Notes under the pieces: model-generated | What the model was told of the DNA's origin: nothing | The model's database searches: none | The model's input: the letters and a program-made list of their open reading frames with translations, nothing else | Assembly (NCBI GenBank): GCA_001600815.1 | Contig: BCKZ01000013.1 | Span: 459,621 to 523,620 of the forward strand | Direction of reading: 5' to 3' | Origin: Alloascoidea hylecoeti | Lineage: Eukaryota | Length of the DNA stretch: 64,000 nucleotides | In this document: positions 24,092 to 32,852 of the stretch, in pieces | How positions within the stretch are numbered: the first letter of the stretch is position 1 | Layout: the number at the start of each line of letters is the position of its first letter | Program-made: the position numbers and the translations under genes

Positions 24092-25588
24092 ATGTCATCA
24101 ACTTTACCCTTATCTACCCTCTCAACACCAAAATATGGATCTAAGAGAGATCTTCAAAAGGCAGAATCTCAATTAAAGAACCTACTTGGAAGTGATAATG
24201 TCTCATCAGCTTCAAGTATAATTAAAAAACATGCGGATAGTGCTTCTAATTCACATCACCCAAAACCAGATCAAGAACCAGATATTGTAGTATTCCCATC
24301 ATCAACAAATGATGTTTCTAAGGTAATGAAAATTGCACATAAATATAGAATTCCTGTTATTCCATTTGGTGGTGGTACTGCTCTAGAAGGTCATTTTAAT
24401 GCAACAAGAAGAGGAATTGTTATTGATTTGAGAAGAATGGATAAAATATTAGCAGTCCATGAAAGAGATTTAGATGTCGTTGTTCAGCCTGCCGTTGGAT
24501 GGGTTGATTTAAATCAACGTTTGGCTCCTCTCGGCTTAATGTTTGGGCCGGATCCTTCTCCAGGTGCGAAAATAGGTGGGATGATTGCAACCTCATGTTC
24601 AGGTACAAATGCTTTTAGGTTTGGTACAATGAAAGAAAATGTAATTGGATTAACAGCTGTATTACCAGATGGTACAATTATCAAAACAAGAAGACGACCT
24701 AAGAAGACATCAGCAGGTTATAATTTAACAGGATTATTTGTTGGATCCGAGGGAACATTAGGAGTTATTACGGAAGCTACTTTAAAATTAGTCATTAAAC
24801 CAGAAAACGAAATTGTAATGCTCATCAATTTTAAAACAATTGAAGCAGCTGCAAATACATCAAGTGAACTTATTCGTACTGGTATTCAACTCAATGCTTT
24901 AGAAATTGTAGATGAAGATATGATGTTTACGGTTAATAAAGCAGGAAATGCATCAAGAACATATCGTGAAGAACCAACACTTTTAATTAAAGTTAGTGGG
25001 GCAAAAGAAACAATAGATCATTTAATATCAACAGTTGAAGAAATTTCTATTAAATATAATTCAACTAATTTTGAATTTGCAATTGAAGAAAAAGAAAGAG
25101 ATGAATTATGGATGGTTAGAAAACTTATGTTTTGGTCTGTTTTATTTTATGGTAAAAAAATAAATAAGAAAATGGATTGTAGAGTAACTGATTTATCTGT
25201 TCCAATAGGTCAATTATCAAAGATTATAAATGAAGCAAAGAATGATATCTCCTCAATTGGATTGAAAGCTAGAATTTTGGGTCATGTTGGTGATGGAAAT
25301 TTTCATTGTCTTGTTTTGTATAATCCGGATGAAAAGGAACTTGCTGATGAAGTCATTGAGAAATTGGCAAGAAAGGCAATTGATTTGGATGGAACATGTA
25401 CCGGAGAACATGGAATTGGATTGGGTAAGAGAGATGCTCTAGAATACGAATTGGGGACTCCTGCTATTGACTTAATGAGGAAAATCAAGCATGAAATTGA
25501 TCCTTTGAATATTATGAATCCTGATAAAGTATTTTATATGGATCCTAACGACCCAGATAAAAACTCAAACAGGACCAGCTTCTTGTAG
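24092..25588 (+). CDS. DLD1: D-lactate dehydrogenase (DLD1-type FAD-linked oxidase), copy 1, no mitochondrial presequence
   Basis: PFGGGTALEGH, GPDPSPGA, SAGYNLTGLFVGSEGTLG, GHVGDGNFH, TGEHGIG, DPLNIMNPDK. Confidence 0.88.
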   Translation: MSSTLPLSTLSTPKYGSKRDLQKAESQLKNLLGSDNVSSASSIIKKHADSASNSHHPKPDQEPDIVVFPSSTNDVSKVMKIAHKYRIPVIPFGGGTALEGHFNATRRGIVIDLRRMDKILAVHERDLDVVVQPAVGWVDLNQRLAPLGLMFGPDPSPGAKIGGMIATSCSGTNAFRFGTMKENVIGLTAVLPDGTIIKTRRRPKKTSAGYNLTGLFVGSEGTLGVITEATLKLVIKPENEIVMLINFKTIEAAANTSSELIRTGIQLNALEIVDEDMMFTVNKAGNASRTYREEPTLLIKVSGAKETIDHLISTVEEISIKYNSTNFEFAIEEKERDELWMVRKLMFWSVLFYGKKINKKMDCRVTDLSVPIGQLSKIINEAKNDISSIGLKARILGHVGDGNFHCLVLYNPDEKELADEVIEKLARKAIDLDGTCTGEHGIGLGKRDALEYELGTPAIDLMRKIKHEIDPLNIMNPDKVFYMDPNDPDKNSNRTSFL

Positions 25589-26060
25589 TATATGTGGTAT
25601 ATGTTAAAAGGCTAAAACAGATTAATACATGAAATAGTATGTCCTGTAGATATATGGAGGTTATATGTCACAATTTAGAATTATCCAGATAAATAAATAA
25701 ATTTATAACGCCATGGATGTATTCTATAAATTCAGAATCATAGCGCGTACAGATTATCAACTTTTAAATTTTAAATTCCAATAGAAAAATTGAATACAAA
25801 TAACTATTGTTTAATTAATTACACTCTTCTTTATTTTGCAATCCTTTTATTTTTTACCTTTATCCAACTGTATAATCCATATTCTTGCAATTGGTAATTA
25901 TTATTCAATAATTCAGTATATCAGAAGAGATTCTTTAAACCTAGATCTAGCGCTATTATAAATATAAAAGTCAAACATTCTAAAATACACAAAGACACAA
26001 TTCTGATTGAGTAGAGAAACAAACATAGAAAGATTAAATTTGTCTAAATCAACAATAGCT

Positions 26061-27185
26061 ATGTATAGTGAAGAAGAAGTTAATGATGAAACGCGACTAA
26101 TTAGCGACCTTGGAGCTACAGTTGATCATAGAAATAAGCCGCTGCAGCTGCTTCAGGAACTCAAAGACAACTTGGAAGAATCAATAATCTCATCGGAATC
26201 TGAATCTGAATCCGAAATGGTAAGAAAAATTTCCAGGCTTAAAAGTCAAAAGTTACCTACGGAATCTTCTCCTGCTTTAAAAAGTAATATTATTGCAAAT
26301 GATTATCAAACAAATACTGTGTCCAATGACTTAACACAAACACAATCTATCCAAGTTCAAACCCAACCATCAAGACAATCTGGGGTTCAAACCCACGAGA
26401 AAAGTAAATCAAAATCTTTAAAGAGGAAAAGAGAAATGGAATATCCGTCTCTAAAAAAAGTCAAAGGACAAAATGAAACGTATTTAGCATCGGGTTCTGC
26501 AAATGTGAGTTCTGTAAAGGTTAAGTCACGTATTGATAATGGAGGAGGTGAAAAGTTAGGACATGATCCAGATAAAAATTCAAAGAGAAAAAGGAAGGAT
26601 GAAAAAGATGCTCCATCCACTGAAGCTAACGAGGATTCTGTAAGATTAACAATTTACAATAACAATCCTCCTCAACAACCTGCTTCTGTTAATACAAACA
26701 ATTCTTTACTTCCTTCATTACGGCGACCAACATGGTTATATCAAAGGCAAGGTACTACAATTGTAACAGTCAACAGTATTCCTCCACAACCTCAAGGAAC
26801 ATTTAATCAATTTAATATTTCACAACAGCGCTTACAACGAATGCGAGGACTACTACGACATCGACAACTAATACAACGAGTACTACAACGACAAAGACGA
26901 CAGCAACAGATTCCGGTTAGGCCAATTCAGGATGAGCAATCACGTATTGCCCATTTAAATGAGATCGATAGGGAGATTTCCACCTCCGCTAGAATTCGTC
27001 GATTAAGATTGAGTATTCGCGGAGTACCTGTTCCTATGCCTGTAGATACTGGGCGTATTTTTATAAATACTGAAGGAACGGTTTTGTTTTATCAGGTATC
27101 TTTTTTAGGAAGGGATACTTTACGGGTGATCAATTTACAGCAGATATCTCCACCACCATCCCCACCACACACTCCCAATCAATAA
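26061..27185 (+). CDS. Hypothetical low-complexity protein (basic NLS-like patches, Q/R-rich)
   Basis: Long open frame, first ATG 26061; no recognisable domain. Confidence 0.6.
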   Translation: MYSEEEVNDETRLISDLGATVDHRNKPLQLLQELKDNLEESIISSESESESEMVRKISRLKSQKLPTESSPALKSNIIANDYQTNTVSNDLTQTQSIQVQTQPSRQSGVQTHEKSKSKSLKRKREMEYPSLKKVKGQNETYLASGSANVSSVKVKSRIDNGGGEKLGHDPDKNSKRKRKDEKDAPSTEANEDSVRLTIYNNNPPQQPASVNTNNSLLPSLRRPTWLYQRQGTTIVTVNSIPPQPQGTFNQFNISQQRLQRMRGLLRHRQLIQRVLQRQRRQQQIPVRPIQDEQSRIAHLNEIDREISTSARIRRLRLSIRGVPVPMPVDTGRIFINTEGTVLFYQVSFLGRDTLRVINLQQISPPPSPPHTPNQ

Positions 27186-28419
27186 AAAGGTTAATAATAT
27201 CCTTTGATTTACACTGGCCTCATTATTAATTCTTGATTGAGTTAATTTATGGGTAAATAATCTTATAGTTCTATTTCTAATTACCGCTTGTGCTGAATTA
27301 AGTTATAGCTATAATAATATGGAATGCAAGTTATAATGTCTTGAAAATTTCTTAGTAACTAATAAATTTCTGAGCGCAAAAAATGATTAAATAATTACAA
27401 TATGTTGCAATTACAATCTTTATTGGTCATGGCTTATAATAATACTGTTATATTGTCAATTAAACATATTATGACATACTACGAGTAGATGTTAACGTTG
27501 CGCACTTATAAGGTTATAAATTGAAGGTCGGTTTATTGCTTATCGATTCCTAAACTATTATTAGATGAAGGTAGACCACATAAGATCTTATAGATACGCA
27601 AATGTAAAAAATAATGATTTCCTAGCTTAAAATTACCAGTTCCAGAATTTACCTCTAGCGCTAGATCTTACCAGTAAAAAAAATTTATATCCAATATTAA
27701 TGAGTATGTTCGAATGTAATATTTATCCATGTTATTACCACTCTGAAGATCACAAACTGTCATGAACGAAATGAGTTAATATTTAACGTTGAATTCGATT
27801 TTATCACAATGACTAAATTATCGATATTTCCACTTAACTTCAGGCCTTGCTACTAAATATTAGCCCATATGATGCATAAATGTTCAACGATGTTATGTAG
27901 GAAGAATCTCCCTTACTAATGAATTGTTATCGGCCATGTATTCAACATTCATGTGTGGATCACAGCCGAATATTTGGTTTATAACGTTTGATTATTAACA
28001 CTCAAAATACATTATTTTGGGTGGTTGTGGCTTTATTGTATTAAGCATACTGTGAATAGCGCGTATTATACATATCCCAATTACACCAATAATTGTACTC
28101 TACCACGTCAAAAAAAGAAATCTAATTGTACCAGCTAAAATTTTAAATATTTTCTGCTCATATTATAATTTACTCAGATTTTTTACAGGTTATCTAATGT
28201 AACGCCGAGAGCTCATGAAATTACGTTATTGAAACTGCTGATAAAGTGATTCTAACAAGGAATTTATGATTATGATAATATACATCACCTGTCAACTCAG
28301 TGTCAAGCTATAACATGATAAAAATCGTCGTATGATGGCCTTCTTTCCTTCTTATTAATATTACCCCGGAAGCTTTTTTGAGACTTCTCATGATTAACCC
28401 AGAAATAGGAGAAACACAT

Positions 28420-28437
28420 AACTCAAGCGCTTGAGTT
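28420..28437. promoter_or_regulatory. Perfect 18-bp palindrome upstream of DLD copy 2
   Basis: aactcaagcgcttgagtt equals its own reverse complement; directly followed by taatatat and another gactcaag half-site. Confidence 0.5.
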
Positions 28438-28598
28438 TAATATATGACTCAAGTTCTCAATTTCTAATCGAAGTTTCTTCTTTATTTAAATTTCCATACA
28501 ATTGCAATAAATTTAATTTATAATTTATTGTTCATTCACATATAATTTTAACAAGAGTTAACGTAATCACCAGCTAGGCTGAAAAATAACTAATTAAG

Positions 28599-30125
28599 AT
28601 GGCACCTAAAAAATCAAATATAGACATCTCATCAACATTACCTTTATCTAAATTATCATCACCTATTTATGGCTCCAAAAAGGATCTTTCAAGAGCTGAA
28701 GCAGCATTAAAAAAGCTTCTTGGTAAGGAAAATGTAACGACTGTTAAAAGCATCCTTAAAAAACATTCTGATGGTGGAGCGAATGCAACACATCCAAAAC
28801 CTGGTCAAGAGCCAGATATTGTTGTATTTCCTTATGATACTCAAGAAGTATCAGAAATTATGAAAATTGCAAGTAAATACAGAATTCCTGTTATTCCATT
28901 TGGTGGTGGTACTGCTCTAGAAGGTCATTTTAATGCAACAAGAAGAGGAATTGTTATTGATTTGAGAAGAATGGATAAAATATTAGCAGTCCATGAAAGA
29001 GATTTAGATGTCGTTGTTCAGCCTGCCGTTGGATGGGTTGATTTAAATCAACGTTTGGCTCCTCTCGGCTTAATGTTTGGGCCGGATCCTTCTCCAGGTG
29101 CGAAAATAGGTGGGATGATTGCAACCTCATGTTCAGGTACAAATGCTTTTAGGTTTGGTACAATGAAAGAAAATGTAATTGGATTAACAGCTGTATTACC
29201 AGATGGTACAATTATCAAAACAAGAAGACGACCTAAGAAGACATCAGCAGGTTATAATTTAACAGGATTATTTGTTGGATCCGAGGGAACATTAGGAGTT
29301 ATTACGGAAGCTACCTTAAAATTAGTCGTTAAACCAGAAAACGAAATTGTAATTCTCATCAATTTTAAAACAATTGAAGCAGCGGCACAAACAACAAGTG
29401 ATTTAATTCGTTCCGGTATTCAATTAAATGCACTTGAAATTATGGATGAACATACCATGATTCCTATTAATGAAGCAGGAGCCTCATCAAAAGTATATCG
29501 CGAAGAACCAACACTTTTAGTTAAGGTTAGTGGATCAAAGGAAACTAGAGATCATTTAGTTGCGACAGTTGAGGAAATCGCAGTTAAAAACGATTCAACT
29601 AATTTTGAATTTGCAATAACAGAAAAGGATCGTGAAGAGTTATGGAGAGCAAGAAAAGTAATTTTATGGTCAACAATCTTTTATGGTAAGAAGCAAAATA
29701 AAGATTCGGAATGTAGAATTTCAGATATTGCTGTACCTGTTAGTCAATTAGCAACAATGGTTAATGAAGCAAGAAAAGAGGCCAAAGCTGTTGGAATGAA
29801 AGCAAGAGTGCTCGGTCATGTTGGTGATGGAAATCTTCATTTTAATGTTTTGTATACACCAGATGAAAAAGTAAAAGCAGATACTATTATTGACAATTTA
29901 GCGAAAAAGGCAATCGATCTTGATGGAACTTGTACTGGTGAACATGGTATTGGTATGGGCAAAAGGGAATTCTTGGTGTATGAGCTTGGAGAACCAGCTA
30001 TTGATTTAATGAGGAAAATCAAACAAGCAATTGATCCTTTAAATATTATGAATCCTGATAAAGTATTTTATATGGATCCCAATGATCCTGAAAGGAGGAA
30101 ACTATCCAGATGGAGTCGTCTCTAA
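28599..30125 (+). CDS. DLD1: DLD1-type D-lactate dehydrogenase, copy 2, with C-terminal PTS1 (-SRL)
   Basis: Same motifs as copy 1. Ends RRKLSRWSRL*. Confidence 0.88.
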   Translation: MAPKKSNIDISSTLPLSKLSSPIYGSKKDLSRAEAALKKLLGKENVTTVKSILKKHSDGGANATHPKPGQEPDIVVFPYDTQEVSEIMKIASKYRIPVIPFGGGTALEGHFNATRRGIVIDLRRMDKILAVHERDLDVVVQPAVGWVDLNQRLAPLGLMFGPDPSPGAKIGGMIATSCSGTNAFRFGTMKENVIGLTAVLPDGTIIKTRRRPKKTSAGYNLTGLFVGSEGTLGVITEATLKLVVKPENEIVILINFKTIEAAAQTTSDLIRSGIQLNALEIMDEHTMIPINEAGASSKVYREEPTLLVKVSGSKETRDHLVATVEEIAVKNDSTNFEFAITEKDREELWRARKVILWSTIFYGKKQNKDSECRISDIAVPVSQLATMVNEARKEAKAVGMKARVLGHVGDGNLHFNVLYTPDEKVKADTIIDNLAKKAIDLDGTCTGEHGIGMGKREFLVYELGEPAIDLMRKIKQAIDPLNIMNPDKVFYMDPNDPERRKLSRWSRL

Positions 30126-30764
30126 TTGAGAGATTTTGTTCAAGATACTGTACCTGAATTGTAAACTTTACATTCATATAAGTTATATAATCAGTTAGGT
30201 TGATCAAACAAGCTTATAGTTATACAGCTTAATATAATGATATTTCCCTTTCTTTCCCTCCTTCTATATATGTGGCGGATTTCAGATTTCGGCGGTTTTT
30301 TTGTATACTAGATCTGTCTTGTAATAAGGTCTTCAGAAATAACACTAAATAGTAAAATTAGAATGTATAAATTTAAAGATTACTCAATCCCTATTGTCCT
30401 AAAATAGATAAAAGTAATTTGATATCTTCTTTTAGTTGATTTTGAGATTTTGGGAATACCTGCTTGTTTTTGAATCCTTTAACGTACCATTTTAATTGCT
30501 AGTGGTTGTTTTTTTTTTTTAGTTGGGATGAAATCCTTACATTTGTAAAACAACAGTGTGGAGACTCAACCCTTCTGGATCCAGGACCCCGGGAAGTACC
30601 CACTAAAAAAAACCCAGATGTTTTCACCGTAAACACTCTAGTGATGGCTTCTCAGCCAAGATGATAAACGTCTAATAGTCTTTATTTGGATGTGGTAATT
30701 CGATGTTTGTAAAAAGACGTGAGAATTCTGACCAGCATATGTACAAGTAAAAACATTAACTTTT

Positions 30765-30865
30765 GTCCCTTCGGGGACATTGGTCAATTTGAAACGATAC
30801 AGAGAAGATTAGCATGGCCCCTGCATAAGGATGACACGCTTTACAAAGAGATTTATAACATTTTT
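30765..30865 (+). ncRNA. SNR6: U6 spliceosomal snRNA
   Basis: 5' hairpin gtcccttcggggac, gatACAGAGAagattAGCatggcccctgcataaggatgacacgc, then a T-run Pol III terminator at 30861-30869. Confidence 0.97.
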
Positions 30866-31009
30866 TTTTGATATTTTTTGTCAATGCTCAGATATTGGTC
30901 AGAAATTTGCAAAAAGCTCATTACTGGTATAAATTTGGAGTGGAAGACGAAATTTAAGGCCCTATTGTGGTTTAAAGATAGATAAATACATGTAGTGAGG
31001 TTTAGGTTT

Positions 31010-31021
31010 GGAGTTCGACCC
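31010..31021 (+). promoter_or_regulatory. Extragenic Pol III B box downstream of U6
   Basis: ggaGTTCGACCC fits GWTCRANNC, about 145 nt after the U6 terminator, as in S. cerevisiae SNR6. Confidence 0.7.
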
Positions 31022-31182
31022 CTATAGGGAGTATTTCTTTAATTTTCATAGAGAGATGTCACATGTACGTCTACTTATAGCCATCATTAATATCATTTAT
31101 TAGCTCAGGAGAAATGTCTATTCATTCGTCAATTATGAGGCTATCAATTACAATATTATAAAAAGTTTCTGATGATTTATTT

Positions 31183-32155
31183 TCAAATCCATTCATTCTT
31201 GATGGAAATGGATATTAATATTTGATATATTCTCTTTAATTTATTAAGCTTTGATTTATTGATCATGAGTTTCTGACACCGATGAAGAGATGATCCATAA
31301 GAAATGAAAACCAAAATATTATTAATTTCAACTGAGGTCTTAATACCGATAGGGATATTTTTGTAACGCCATTTTATATTAAAATCATTATCATAACAAA
31401 CCAGGCCCTGACAATGCATAGCAGTAGCCATGATATATCACAATCGAATTTATTATAACTTTCTAGATTAAATTCATTAAATTTTCTAGTTTCTTTGGTT
31501 GGTGTACCTATTTCTGTTTTAAGCCAAGACCATTCTTTTTTTTTAAAAAAAATGTAATTGATACATTATTTGAATTAACAATTGTATTTTTCCTTCTATG
31601 TTAATTAAATTTGTTTCTTCAAGATCAAAATAATAATAGCAGTCTGAAATGTCAAGATCCCTGAAATTTGTGCTGTTTTCCACTATAAAAGAACTTGATG
31701 GATTGTTTAAAAAAAGAAAACTTTGATGATAAAGAAAGAAATTTAGGTGAAGTTTTGTTTACTTTTTTTTGATAGATGTCAGATATTATTATATATTTAT
31801 TAGATCTGGGTTTTGAATGATACCTTTAACGAAATCAATTGAAAATGAAAATATACCATTAACCAATTTCTCTCAATAATTCTAGCGATATGCAGTTTAT
31901 TTTGATAAAGTTGAAAATTAGCGAACTTGAGACGCTTAACAATAATTATCAAAACCTACAATTTCTAACCAAAGTTCAAGGGGGAAGTGAATTATCAACC
32001 ACCAACTTAATTCAATCAAAGCAGGAAAAGGTACAATAAAATTCTTCCAATCGAGGAGTTTAATAAAACAAAACAAAAACTTCAAGAAGATCAGATAATA
32101 GAGAAATGCAATTGTGCTGTTTATAATTGCAATACCGTCTGTTGGTATAATATTA
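31183..32155 (-). pseudogene. Possible decayed F-box protein gene
   Basis: Broken minus-strand fragments NIIPTDGIAII..LSDLL, ARIIERNW(fs)NGIF, and ORF 31183-31431; many frameshifts. Confidence 0.3.
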
Positions 32156-32852
32156 ATACGATAATCATATTTTATTTCAACTGCCCACGTTCACGTTAAT
32201 TTACATTTAAATATTTCAAATACCAACAATTATAGTTATTTACACTTAATCTGTTTGTATTTGAATCACCACTAGCAATTAAAACGGTACACCTAAGAAT
32301 TCTAAAAAATGAGAGTGGAAGCTCATGTATCAATACGTTAAATCGTAGAAGAAATCTCAAATCATACCAAAAATCATAAAACGAAAATATCGGACGAGTA
32401 TTATAAGAATTATGAGATTAATTAAAGTAGATATTAGTGATAGTATTTGAACTGATTTTCATTTGTTGTTGATTTTGCAATTCGTGGTTGAAATCTAACA
32501 ATTTTTAGTATCTAGTTTATGGTATGTGTTATTGATAGCTGTAAATTTATACCAATAATAAGTTATATCATGGGTTAAATTTTAAATCTAGAAAGCACAA
32601 CTATCTAATGGTAAGCTATAACATTCGGATTAATATTTAATGATATGGATATAAAACATCCGCGATCATCTATATTACATTTTTAAATACTTAGCTAGGT
32701 TAAATAAATTAAAACTATAAAATGTTAAGCACGGTTAATATTAATAATAATAATATAATCAAAATCTCTTATTAAATGAAATAATAATTATTTAATCAAA
32801 AAGTGAATTATTTGAATCAATACTTAGCCATAGTAAAAGATGCAATTTCTAA

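Noticed and set aside
30959..31031. Functional tRNA downstream of U6
   Set aside because: No proper D or anticodon arms, and the T stem is out of register with the apparent acceptor stem.
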